Assembly: GCA_046598045.1 (NCBI GenBank)
Contig: JBKJJJ010000195.1
Coordinates: forward strand, 1-24,342
DNA: 24,342 bases
Source of the DNA: Candidatus Eiseniibacteriota bacterium
GTDB taxonomy: Bacteria > Eisenbacteria > RBG-16-71-46 > DASYSL01
Reading direction: 5' to 3'
The notes beneath the pieces are model-generated. The model saw only the letters and a list, made by a program, of their open reading frames with translations. It had not been told where the DNA came from and did no database searches. A program made the translations under genes and the position numbers. This document shows, in pieces, positions 1 to 8,911 of this stretch (within the stretch, counting starts at the first letter, position 1; each line of letters begins with the position of its first letter).

Positions 1-96
1 GACCTGCCCCTGACGGGGCGCGGCAAGTTCAAGTTCATCGAGCAGCTCATTCCGGACGACGTCCAGGCGGCCCTCCTCGAGGGCGGGGTTTCATGA
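1..96 (+). CDS. C-terminal fragment of a phenylacetate-CoA ligase/CapK-like adenylate-forming protein (5' truncated)
   Basis: Frame 1 reads DLPLTGRGKFKFIEQLIPDDVQAALLEGGVS*, resembling the C-terminal P-x-T-x-x-G-K motif of ANL/CapK-like enzymes. Its TGA (94-96) overlaps the next ATG (ATGA at 93-96). Confidence 0.6.
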   Translation, partial: DLPLTGRGKFKFIEQLIPDDVQAALLEGGVS

Positions 97-2321
97 AGCA
101 GATCCTGCAGAACTACAAGACCGGCGAGCTTCGCCTCGCCGACGTGCCGCGCCCCGCGCTGCGCGCGCGCGGCGTCCTGGTCGCGACGCGGGCGTCGCTG
201 ATCTCCGCCGGCACCGAGAAGATGAAGGTCGACGTCGCGAAGAAGAACCTGCTCGGCAAGGCGATGGAGCGGCCGGACCAGGTGAGGAAGGTGCTCGAGA
301 GCGTGAAGCAGCAGGGTCTGCTCCCGACCTACGAGAAGGTGATGAACAAGCTCGACACTCCGACCCCGCTCGGCTACTCGAGCGCCGGCGTGGTGCTCGA
401 GGTCGGCCGCGAGGCGTCCGAGTTCCAGGTCGGCGATTCCGTCGCATGCGCCGGCGCGGGCTATGCCGTGCATGCCGACGTGGCCTACGTGCCGCGCAAC
501 CTGGTCGTCCGCATGCAGCCGGATACGCCGTTCGAGCGCGCCTCCTTCACCACGCTGGGCGCGATCGCGCTCCAGGGCGTGCGGCAGGCCGAGATTCGCA
601 TGGGCGAGGACGTGGTGGTGATCGGGCTCGGCCTGGTCGGTCTCTTGACCGTGCAGCTCCTGAAGCGCAGCGGCGCCCACGTCGTGGGCGTCGAGCTTGA
701 TCCCTCGCGCGCGGCGCTCGCCCGCCAGCTCGGCTGCGACCGCGTCGTGATCGGCGCCGACCTCGAGGTGCGTGAGGCGGTGCGCCAGGCGACCGGCGGG
801 CGCGGCGCCGACGCGGTGCTCGTGACCGCCGCCTCCAGCTCGAGCGGCCCGGTCGCGCTCGCGGGGGAGCTGTGCCGCGACCGCGGCCGCGTGGTGGTGG
901 TCGGCATCACGAAGATGGACCTGCCGCACCGCGTCTACTACGACAAGGAGCTGTCGCTCCTGCTCTCGAGATCGTACGGCCCCGGCCGCTACGATCCCTC
1001 GTATGAGGAGCAGGGCGTCGACTACCCGCTGGGCTACGTGCGCTGGACCGAGCGCCGCAACATGGAGGAGTTCCTGCGGCTGGTCGAGGCCGGCTCGGTC
1101 GACGTCGACGCGCTGATCTCCCACCGCGTGCCGTTCGCCGAGGCCGAGCGCGCGTACGGGCTGATCACCGGCAAGGCGACCGAGCCCTACCTCGGCATCG
1201 TGCTCACCTATCCCGACACGCCCGCGCCGGCGGGGCGCGTCGCGCTCACGCCCGCGGGGGAGGCGCCCTCGACCAACGGCGGAACGGCGAAGCCCGTGCG
1301 CACGCGCGCCGCGGGCGACCCGGTCGGGATCGGCTTCGTGGGCGCGGGCAACTTCGCGACCTCGATGCTGCTGCCGCACCTCAAGGCGCGCAAGGACGTC
1401 CGCCTCACCGGGGTCGTGACCGCGAGCGGTCTGACCGCGCGTGGCGCGGCGGAGAAGTTCGGCTTCGCGTTCTGCGCCTCGGACGCCGACGAGATCTTCC
1501 ACGACGCCGCGACCCACGCGGTGTTCGTGGTCACGCGGCACCACCTGCACGCCGCGTTCGTCGAGCAGGCGCTGCGCGCGGGGCAGGCGGTGTTCGTCGA
1601 GAAGCCGCTCGCGACCACCGCCGAAGAGATGACCCGCGTGGCGGACGCAGTGCGCGAGATCGAGACGCAGACCGGCCGGCCCGCGCCGCTCCTGGTCGGG
1701 TTCAACCGCCGGTTCGCGCCGCTGTCGCGCCAGCTCGCCCGGCACTTCCCGCCGGGGGAGGGGCCGCTGGTGGTCTCCTATCGCGTGAACGCCGGGTTCC
1801 TCGGCCGCGAGTCGTGGTACCAGGATCCGGCCGAAGGCGGCGGACGGATCCTCGGCGAGGTGTGCCACTTCCTCGATTACGTCGCGTTCGTGGCGGGCAG
1901 CCCGATCACGCGCGTGTTCGCTGCGGGCGTGCGCGACCCCAAGGGCGGGTTGCGCGCGGACGACAACCTGACGGTCAGCGTGAGCTGCGCCGACGGCTCG
2001 GTCGGCACGGTGACGTACGTCGCGAGCGGCGACCCCGCGATGCCGAAGGAGCGCGTCGAGGTGCTCGGCCGCGGCAAGAGCGCGGTGCTCGACAACTACC
2101 AGGCGCTTACGACGTGGTCCGGCAACAAGAAGAAGGAGACCAAGGCGCTCTCGGTCGACAAGGGCCATGCGGAGGAAATCGCGCGCTGGGTCGCCTCGTT
2201 GCGCGACGGCGCGGCGCCGCCGATCGCGTGGTCCGAACTGGCGAACGCGTCGTGGGCCACGCTCGCCACGATCGAGTCGCTGTCGAGCGGCCAGCCGGTG
2301 GACATTCCGGGGAGCTCCTGA
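93..2321 (+). CDS. Bi-domain oxidoreductase (N-terminal MDR/zinc-ADH-like domain fused to a C-terminal Gfo/Idh/MocA domain), polysaccharide-locus type
   Basis: 742-aa ORF with strong GC3 bias. MDR features: SLISAGTE, PLGYS, Rossmann GLGLVG. Second domain: GFVGAGNF, VEKP, VGFNRRF, GGGRILGEVCHFLD. Confidence 0.9.
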   Translation: MKQILQNYKTGELRLADVPRPALRARGVLVATRASLISAGTEKMKVDVAKKNLLGKAMERPDQVRKVLESVKQQGLLPTYEKVMNKLDTPTPLGYSSAGVVLEVGREASEFQVGDSVACAGAGYAVHADVAYVPRNLVVRMQPDTPFERASFTTLGAIALQGVRQAEIRMGEDVVVIGLGLVGLLTVQLLKRSGAHVVGVELDPSRAALARQLGCDRVVIGADLEVREAVRQATGGRGADAVLVTAASSSSGPVALAGELCRDRGRVVVVGITKMDLPHRVYYDKELSLLLSRSYGPGRYDPSYEEQGVDYPLGYVRWTERRNMEEFLRLVEAGSVDVDALISHRVPFAEAERAYGLITGKATEPYLGIVLTYPDTPAPAGRVALTPAGEAPSTNGGTAKPVRTRAAGDPVGIGFVGAGNFATSMLLPHLKARKDVRLTGVVTASGLTARGAAEKFGFAFCASDADEIFHDAATHAVFVVTRHHLHAAFVEQALRAGQAVFVEKPLATTAEEMTRVADAVREIETQTGRPAPLLVGFNRRFAPLSRQLARHFPPGEGPLVVSYRVNAGFLGRESWYQDPAEGGGRILGEVCHFLDYVAFVAGSPITRVFAAGVRDPKGGLRADDNLTVSVSCADGSVGTVTYVASGDPAMPKERVEVLGRGKSAVLDNYQALTTWSGNKKKETKALSVDKGHAEEIARWVASLRDGAAPPIAWSELANASWATLATIESLSSGQPVDIPGSS

Positions 2322-2324
2322 CGT

Positions 2325-4355
2325 ATGTGTGGAGTCTGTGGCGGAAGATTCGCGGAGCGGCGAAGCGAGGGGGAGGAAGCCGGCGTCCTCGTGCACCGTA
2401 TGGCGGCGATCATGCGCCATCGTGGCCCGGACGACGACGGCTTCTTCGCGCAGGATGGCCTGCACCTGGGATTTCGGCGACTTTCGATCATCGATCTCGA
2501 CACCGGGCACCAGCCGATCGGCAATGAAGACGGCTCAGTGCAGGTCATCCTCAACGGCGAGATCTACAACTACCGCGAATTGCGCCAGGACCTCGAGGCG
2601 CGGCATGTCTTCCGCACGCGCACCGACACCGAAGTCATCGCGCATCTGTACGAAGAGCGCGGCCCGGACTGCTTCCAGGCGCTCAACGGCATGTTCGGCA
2701 TCGCGATCGTGGACCTCGCCCGGCGCCGGCTTGTCCTGGCCCGCGACCGTGCCGGCGTCAAGCCGCTGTACTATGCGCAGTGCGGCGCCGACTTCGCCTT
2801 CGCCTCGGAGGTCAAGGCTCTGCTCGAGCATCCCGAGTGCCCGCGCGCGGTGGACGTGCGGGCGCTCCCGGCGTACCTGGGCATTCAGTACGTGCCCGGA
2901 CCGCGCACCCTGTTCGCGGGCATCGACTCGCTCGATCCGGGGTGTCGACTCGTGCTGGAGTCGGAGGGGTCACCGCGCGTCGAGCCCTACTGGACGTTGC
3001 CCGAGCTCGACCCCGCACGCCATTTCACCGACCGTGCTGCATGTGCGCGGGAGTTGCGCGAACTGGTCACCGACTCCGTGCGCATGCGGCTGGTTTCGGA
3101 CGTGCCCCTGGGCGCGCTGCTCTCGGGCGGCCTCGACTCGGGCATCGTGGTCGGGCTCATGGCAGGCATGGCCACGGGGCCGGTGACGACGATCTCGGTC
3201 GGGTTCGAGGAAGCCGGGGCGAAGGACGAGACCTCACTTGCCGCGGAGACCGCGCGCCACTTCGGCACGGATCATCACGAGATTCGCTTCGGGCGGGACG
3301 ACGCGCTGCGCATTCTGCCGCGCCTCGTGTGGCACAACGACCTGCCCATCGCCGAGGCCCTGCTCGTGCCTTCGTTCTCCCTGTTCAAGGAGGCGCGGCG
3401 GCACGTCACGGTCGCGCTCTCGGGGGAAGGGGCCGACGAGCTGTTCGGCGGCTACATGCGCTATCGGCTGCTGTCGGAACTGCGGCGGCTGCGGCCGTTC
3501 CTGCCGCCCGCCTCGTGGTCCGGTTGGTCGAAGTTGCGAGCCGGGCGCGGCCTGCTCCACACGATCGGCAAGGTCGGTTATGCCGCGTCGGTGCCCGTCC
3601 CGGCCGCGGCGCTCTGGGAATGGAACAGCGTGTGGTCCGCAGTCGAGCTCGAGCACGTGTTGCAGGATCCGTCGCTCGCGGCCGAGTCCTGTGCCCGAGC
3701 GTACCGGACGCGCGACGGTTTCCGCACCGATCTTCCGCCGGACGAACTGGCGAACCAACTCATGGGCATCGAGGGTGAGAATCGCCTCGTCGACTTCATC
3801 CTCAGCCGCGCCGACAAGATGTCGATGGCGAATTCGCTCGAGTTGCGCACGCCATTCCTCGACTACCGGTTGATCGAGTTCGCACGTCGCGTGCCTGCCG
3901 GCTGGAAGGTCGACCCACACGGCGAAAAGCGCATCCTGCGCGAGGCGTTCGCAGGCTTCCTGCCCGAAAACCTGCGGCAGCGGCCCAAACATGCTTTCCA
4001 GTCGCCCTACCGCTCGTGGTTGCCGCCGATGGTCGCGAAGCTGTTCCCGGGCAGCCGCCTCGTACGCGATGGGTTCCTGCGAGATTCTGCACTGCGTGCT
4101 GCCGTGGGGCAGGGCGAGCACTCCGACCGTGCGACCAAACGCATCTGGTCGCTGGTCATGCTCGAGATGTGGTACCGCACGTTCATCACCCGAGAGGAAA
4201 TCCCCGCGTTCGTCGGGGGCAGCATCCACGCGCCCGGCGGCGTGCCCGCCGCAGCGGCGTCCGCGATCGAGGGCGCCGGGCAACCGACGATCCCCCAGGC
4301 AGCAGCGAGCATTGGGGCCGTGGTGTCCTCCACCCTGCCGGGCACCGGTGGCTGA
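2325..4355 (+). CDS. asnB: Asparagine synthase (glutamine-hydrolysing) family amidotransferase, probably amidating a sugar or glycan carboxylate
   Basis: N-terminal MCG nucleophile, HRGPD, RRLSIID, NGEIYNY, LSGGLDS PP-loop, SGEGADELFGGY, DKMSMANSLELRTPFLD. GGAG precedes the ATG. Confidence 0.92.
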   Translation: MCGVCGGRFAERRSEGEEAGVLVHRMAAIMRHRGPDDDGFFAQDGLHLGFRRLSIIDLDTGHQPIGNEDGSVQVILNGEIYNYRELRQDLEARHVFRTRTDTEVIAHLYEERGPDCFQALNGMFGIAIVDLARRRLVLARDRAGVKPLYYAQCGADFAFASEVKALLEHPECPRAVDVRALPAYLGIQYVPGPRTLFAGIDSLDPGCRLVLESEGSPRVEPYWTLPELDPARHFTDRAACARELRELVTDSVRMRLVSDVPLGALLSGGLDSGIVVGLMAGMATGPVTTISVGFEEAGAKDETSLAAETARHFGTDHHEIRFGRDDALRILPRLVWHNDLPIAEALLVPSFSLFKEARRHVTVALSGEGADELFGGYMRYRLLSELRRLRPFLPPASWSGWSKLRAGRGLLHTIGKVGYAASVPVPAAALWEWNSVWSAVELEHVLQDPSLAAESCARAYRTRDGFRTDLPPDELANQLMGIEGENRLVDFILSRADKMSMANSLELRTPFLDYRLIEFARRVPAGWKVDPHGEKRILREAFAGFLPENLRQRPKHAFQSPYRSWLPPMVAKLFPGSRLVRDGFLRDSALRAAVGQGEHSDRATKRIWSLVMLEMWYRTFITREEIPAFVGGSIHAPGGVPAAAASAIEGAGQPTIPQAAASIGAVVSSTLPGTGG

Positions 4356-5478
4356 ACCACGCCCGATCCCGCCCGGTCCGCGGCCGCGCGCCCTGATCGT
4401 TGGACCGCTGCCCCCGCCGATGGGGGGCGTGGGCGCACTCGTCGAGGCCATTGTGCGCTCGCCGCTCGCGCAGCACTGGGACGTCGAAGTGTTCAATCTC
4501 GCCAAGCCACAACAGCAGGGGAAGCCTTCCACCGTCACCGCGTGGGACGTGGCGTGGACGTTGCTTCACCTCATTCAGCTTCCCTGGCGCGTGCTCACGC
4601 GTCGGCCGCGCGTCGTGCTTGCACAGTCGACGGCGGACACGGGCTACCTGCGCGATCTCGCTCTCATGCTCGAGTGCCGGGCGCTCGGCGTGCCGGTCGT
4701 CCTTCACTGGCACGGCGCCCCCGACTCGCCCCAGTTCCCCGGGACCGGGCGGTGGCGTCCGCGCCTGTTCCGCATCGGGGTCGCGCTCTCCAGCAGCATG
4801 ATCGTGCTTGGCGACACGTACCGCGCGTATTTCGAGCGGTTCGTGCCCGCGGCCAAGCTGGTGGTCCTTCCGAATTTCGTCGACGGCGACGTGTTCCGCC
4901 CCGTCGAACCGTCGGCCGGGGCAGGCGAGTCGGTGCGACTCCTGTTCGTCGGGCGCATCGGGCCCCTCAAGGGAACCGATGTCCTGCTCGATGCGCTGGG
5001 GGCCGCGCGCGAGCGCGTGCCGGGGCTCACGGCGACGCTGGTCGGTGCCGGGGAGACCGATGCCGCACTCGCTGCGGCGCGCGAACACCCCGCGGTGTCG
5101 TCGGGCGCGGCACGCCTGACCGGGGCGCTCGGGCCCGAACGCGTGGAAGAGTATCGACGAGCCCAGATCTTCGTGCTGCCGACGCGCGCCGACTCCTTCC
5201 CCATGGCCATACTCGAGGCGATGGCCTTTGGCCTGCCCGTCATCGCTTCCGCGGTGGGCGCGATCCCGTGGATGCTCGACGATGGCGAGTGCGGCGTCCT
5301 CGTCGCACCCGGCGACACGGCCGCGCTGGCCGATGCATTGGTCGCACTCGCCGGCGATCCTGCGCGGCGCGCACGGCTGGGCGCAGCGGCCCGGGCGCGG
5401 CAGCAGGCGCGCTTCGACGCGCGGGGGGCGGCCGACACGCTCGACGCCACGCTCGCGCGCGCATCGGGATCCGCGTGA
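4348..5478 (+). CDS. Glycosyltransferase family 4 (GT-B)
   Basis: In frame with ORF 3991..5478. Likely GTG start at 4348 overlapping the asnB stop (GTGGCTGA). Motifs GPLPPPMGG, LFVGRIGPLKG, FVLPTRADSFPMAILEAMAFGLPVIASAVG. Confidence 0.9.
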   Translation: MAEPRPIPPGPRPRALIVGPLPPPMGGVGALVEAIVRSPLAQHWDVEVFNLAKPQQQGKPSTVTAWDVAWTLLHLIQLPWRVLTRRPRVVLAQSTADTGYLRDLALMLECRALGVPVVLHWHGAPDSPQFPGTGRWRPRLFRIGVALSSSMIVLGDTYRAYFERFVPAAKLVVLPNFVDGDVFRPVEPSAGAGESVRLLFVGRIGPLKGTDVLLDALGAARERVPGLTATLVGAGETDAALAAAREHPAVSSGAARLTGALGPERVEEYRRAQIFVLPTRADSFPMAILEAMAFGLPVIASAVGAIPWMLDDGECGVLVAPGDTAALADALVALAGDPARRARLGAAARARQQARFDARGAADTLDATLARASGSA

Positions 5479-7415
5479 TCGTGGGCGCGGTCGTCGTCGC
5501 GGCGGCCATGCTCCTGCCCGGGCTGGCGATCCTGGCCTGGACGCGCCCGGATACGAGCCGCGCGGGCGTGCTGGGCGTGATGCTTGCGGTCTCGCCCATC
5601 GCGGGCGGGGCGGTGGTCGCGTTACTGGTCGCCGCGGGGATGCCCTGGCCCGCAGCCTTGTGGACCTTGTTGGCCGCATCGGTCGCCGTGGTTGCGATCG
5701 GTGTGCAGCGTCCCGGCCCAAGGGGGGAGCGGGGATCCGGGCCGCGAGCCGCATGGGTTGCCGCCGGCGCGGGCGCGCTGATCCTCGGTGGCATGTACGC
5801 CTCGTCCGAGTGGTGGCAGCTGTACAGCGATGCTTGGACGCACGAGCCGATCGTGCGCGCGCTCCTGACCCACGGCGTGCCCCCGCACGATCCGTGGTAT
5901 GCCGGATTTCGCCTGCAATACGCATGGCTCTACCACGCATGGGTCGCCGCGCTCGCCTCGACAACCGGCTTCAGCACGTTCGGGCTCATGTCGTTCCTCG
6001 CAGTGGTCTCCTTTGCGGCGCTTGCGTTGATCGCGGGCGATCTCGCGCATCGCATGCATGGCCGGGCTGCCGGGTGGACGATCGGGTTGCTCGTCCTGGG
6101 CATGAATGGCGCTTTTGCGCTGACGCTGCCGGTCGTGGTCGGGCAGGCGTTGCTCGGCCATTCCGGGAGTCCCGCGCTGCTGGCGCAGGCGTTCGGGGGC
6201 ACGGCGACGAACGCCGACCGGGCCGCTGATCTGCTGCGTTGGTTCGGGGCGCAGACGTGGTTCGGAAACAAGTTCGCGGGGGCGACGCCGTTATCGCTGG
6301 GGCTCGCAGCCCTCACCGCCTGGCTCGCCTGCCTGTGGCGGCTGCTGGATTCGGATCGGGCCCGTCCCGGGGAACTCGTCCTGCTCGCCGGCTGCGCGAC
6401 GTGTGCCGGTCTCATGCACCCGGCGCTGCTCCTGTTCCTCGGCACGACCATCGCCGCGTGGTGGCTCGCTGCGCACGCGGGCGTGGCGGGCGACCGCCGG
6501 GCTGCGCGTGTGCGCGTGACACCGATCGCGCTTGCGACCGGGCTCGGCCTCGTGGCCCCCGCGCTTTTCTTTGCGCTCATCCTCGCGCGCGGCGCCGGCA
6601 ATCTCTCGCCGCCCTTCGACCTGTCGGCGGCCAAACTGCTCGGCCTCGGGCTTTCCACACTGCCTGCGCTCGTGCTGGCGGCGTGGGGCGCCCGCGCGTT
6701 CGCGGCGCGCGGCTTGGCCGCCCGGCTGTGGCTGACGTGGCTCGGGACCTCCCTGCTGTTCACCGTGCTGCTCCGGCTTCCCGGTACGTGGTCGTTCTTC
6801 ACCGTCGACAAGACGTCGTACCTGGCGTGGATTCCGCTCGCGCTCACCGGGGGCGCCGCATTCGCGGGGGCCCGGGCTCGATGGCCTCTCGCGGCCCGGG
6901 TTGCGTTCACCGCGCTCGTGCTGGTGCCGCCGACTGCGCTCGCCCTGGGTGCGCGTGTGCTCGATGCCCGCAGCGCATGGCGCCAGCCGTGGAACGACGC
7001 AGGCATGGCGCGGCTGCGTGCAAGACTCCCTGCCGACGCGCTGTTGGTCGTGCCCCCAGGGGACATCGACACGCCGATCTTCCTCGCGCGCGACAGCTTT
7101 GATGAGGACAAGATCGACGGTTTCGTGCGCGGATACGATCCGGCCGAGCTGGCGGCCCGGCACGTCCTGGTGGACACGCTCTATCGCAGTGGCCGGTTGT
7201 CTCCCGCGCTCGGCGAGCGCCTCGAGGCGACCGGGCGACCCGTGTACGCCATCTGGCCCGACCAGACCGGGCCGGCATGGCAGCAGCGCACCCCGGGCGT
7301 GCCCCAGCGGCGATTCCTGGCGCGCGGACTCGCGCCGCCGTTCGCGGGCCGGGTCATGCGCTTTGGGGACAGCTACGCCGTGGTGTCGCTGGTGCCGTCG
7401 CGGGGGCGGATGTGA
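5475..7415 (+). CDS. Large polytopic membrane protein, DUF2298-like / putative GT-C-fold glycosyltransferase
   Basis: GTG at 5475 overlaps the GT4 stop (GTGA), in frame with ORF 4542..7415. More than 10 hydrophobic segments, an early loop SDAWTH...GVPPHDPWYAGFRLQYAWLYH, and a soluble C-terminal domain. Confidence 0.7.
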   Translation: MIVGAVVVAAAMLLPGLAILAWTRPDTSRAGVLGVMLAVSPIAGGAVVALLVAAGMPWPAALWTLLAASVAVVAIGVQRPGPRGERGSGPRAAWVAAGAGALILGGMYASSEWWQLYSDAWTHEPIVRALLTHGVPPHDPWYAGFRLQYAWLYHAWVAALASTTGFSTFGLMSFLAVVSFAALALIAGDLAHRMHGRAAGWTIGLLVLGMNGAFALTLPVVVGQALLGHSGSPALLAQAFGGTATNADRAADLLRWFGAQTWFGNKFAGATPLSLGLAALTAWLACLWRLLDSDRARPGELVLLAGCATCAGLMHPALLLFLGTTIAAWWLAAHAGVAGDRRAARVRVTPIALATGLGLVAPALFFALILARGAGNLSPPFDLSAAKLLGLGLSTLPALVLAAWGARAFAARGLAARLWLTWLGTSLLFTVLLRLPGTWSFFTVDKTSYLAWIPLALTGGAAFAGARARWPLAARVAFTALVLVPPTALALGARVLDARSAWRQPWNDAGMARLRARLPADALLVVPPGDIDTPIFLARDSFDEDKIDGFVRGYDPAELAARHVLVDTLYRSGRLSPALGERLEATGRPVYAIWPDQTGPAWQQRTPGVPQRRFLARGLAPPFAGRVMRFGDSYAVVSLVPSRGRM

Positions 7416-8911
7416 TCCGGGGTCCGCGCGACCCCGGCCCGTGGGCCGACCGCGTGCGCATTGCCGCCTGGGCGGCGCTCGTGGTTGCCGTCGTGTGGCC
7501 GCGGTTGGTCGGCTTCACCACCGACAGCGACGCCTACCTCGACGTCGCCCGGACGCTGCTCTCGGGCCACGGCCTGGCGCAGAGCGTGGTCGACTTCTGG
7601 CGGCCCGCGGTGCCCGACCCGCTCGGGCTCTGGCCACCGGTGTTCCCGCTCGGCATCGCCGCACTCGGAGGGCTCGGGCTGCCACTGCCGTTCGCGGCGC
7701 GGCTCCTCGCCGGGCTGGCCTATGTCCTGTTCGCGCTCGCGTTCCACGCGCTCGCGCTGCGCGCGGCGGGCCGCGGGTTCGCGTTCGTGACCGCGATCGT
7801 CGTGCTGCTCGGTCCCGGCCTCGCGCAGGCGGGCGCGACCGCGTGGAGCGAGTCGCTCTATCTCTGCTTCCTGACGTCCGGGCTCGTCGCCGCGTGGGAC
7901 ATGACGAAGGGCGCGCTCACCCGGCCGCGCGTCGGCGCCGAGCCGGCGCTCGCGGGGCTTTGGCTCGGCCTCGCCGCCGACACGCGCTACATGGGCATCG
8001 CACTCGTGCCCGTCGTGGGCGCGCTGCTGTGGTCGGCCGGCGTGCGCGGGCGGCGGCTTGCGCCCTGGGCCCTGGGCGCGGGCGTACCGATCGCGCTCTG
8101 GCTCGGGCACAACCTGCTCGCGTTCGGCAAGCCCATGGGACCCGGGCTTCCCCCGGGGACGCGCACGGCGGCGGAGGTCGCGACCGGGATCGCGGGCTCG
8201 CTGCGCTGGGAGTTCCTGCCGCAGGCGTTCGCGCATCTGCCGCTGGTCGCGTTCCCGGCGCTGCTCTTTGCAGCGGGGGCGGCGCTGTGGGCGCTGCGTG
8301 CGGGCGGCGTCGCACGCTGGGCCGCGCTGGTCGCGCTCGCGCAACTCGCGTTCGTCGGGCTCGCCGCGTGGCGGGCGGCGATCAACGATCCGTCGGGCCG
8401 CCTCACGCTGGTGGCGTGGCCGTTCCTCGGATTGGTGGTGTGCATCGCGGTCGAGCGCGCGATTCGGCACCTGTTCGGCGGTCAGCGCTCCCAGCGGACC
8501 GCCGAGATTTGTGCCTCGGCGCTCGCGCTGCTGATCGTCGGGGCCGGGCTCGGGCGCTTCATCGGGACGACCGTCGCGCCGCCTGCGCAGACCGTCGCGC
8601 GTCGGCACGCGCAGGTCGCGCTCATCCGGCTGATCCAGCCCGGGACCGAGCCCGTGCTGACCGACTCCGGGCACCTGCTGCGGCTGACGACGGGGGCCAC
8701 GGCCGTCCAGGTCCCGCCTTGGCGCTACCGCGTCCGCGAATTCACGGCCGACGACGAGCGGCGCTGGCGCGCGCAGGGAGTGACGCGGGCGGTATTCCGC
8801 GCGGCGAACCCGGCGGAACTGGGGAGCTACGTGGCGGAGCGGCTGGCGAGCGGGGCATGGGCGGCGGAGGACTCGGCGGCGGGATTCGTGCGCTACCGGC
8901 TCACGCCCTGA
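7412..8911 (+). CDS. ArnT/PMT-like (GT-C) membrane glycosyltransferase
   Basis: GTG at 7412 overlaps the upstream stop (GTGA). First-loop TTDSDAYLDVARTL, WPPVFP, WSESLY, TRYMG, WLGHN and many TM helices fit PMT_2/GT39/GT83-like proteins. Confidence 0.78.
   Translation: MIRGPRDPGPWADRVRIAAWAALVVAVVWPRLVGFTTDSDAYLDVARTLLSGHGLAQSVVDFWRPAVPDPLGLWPPVFPLGIAALGGLGLPLPFAARLLAGLAYVLFALAFHALALRAAGRGFAFVTAIVVLLGPGLAQAGATAWSESLYLCFLTSGLVAAWDMTKGALTRPRVGAEPALAGLWLGLAADTRYMGIALVPVVGALLWSAGVRGRRLAPWALGAGVPIALWLGHNLLAFGKPMGPGLPPGTRTAAEVATGIAGSLRWEFLPQAFAHLPLVAFPALLFAAGAALWALRAGGVARWAALVALAQLAFVGLAAWRAAINDPSGRLTLVAWPFLGLVVCIAVERAIRHLFGGQRSQRTAEICASALALLIVGAGLGRFIGTTVAPPAQTVARRHAQVALIRLIQPGTEPVLTDSGHLLRLTTGATAVQVPPWRYRVREFTADDERRWRAQGVTRAVFRAANPAELGSYVAERLASGAWAAEDSAAGFVRYRLTP

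Noticed and set aside
2325..4355. AsnB homologue as a lasso-peptide cyclase / RiPP cluster
   Set aside because: The glutaminase domain is intact (MCG, HRGPD), there is no B1/B2 protein or precursor, and the context is purely glycan biosynthesis.
4542..5474. Long N-terminal extensions in the ORF track (957-aa, 710-aa, 654-aa, 495-aa and 275-aa calls) suggesting fusions or overlapping genes
   Set aside because: Real starts are marked by short stop/start overlaps (4348, 5475, 7412, 12633, 13655, 18915). The extensions are off-frame reads of the upstream gene.
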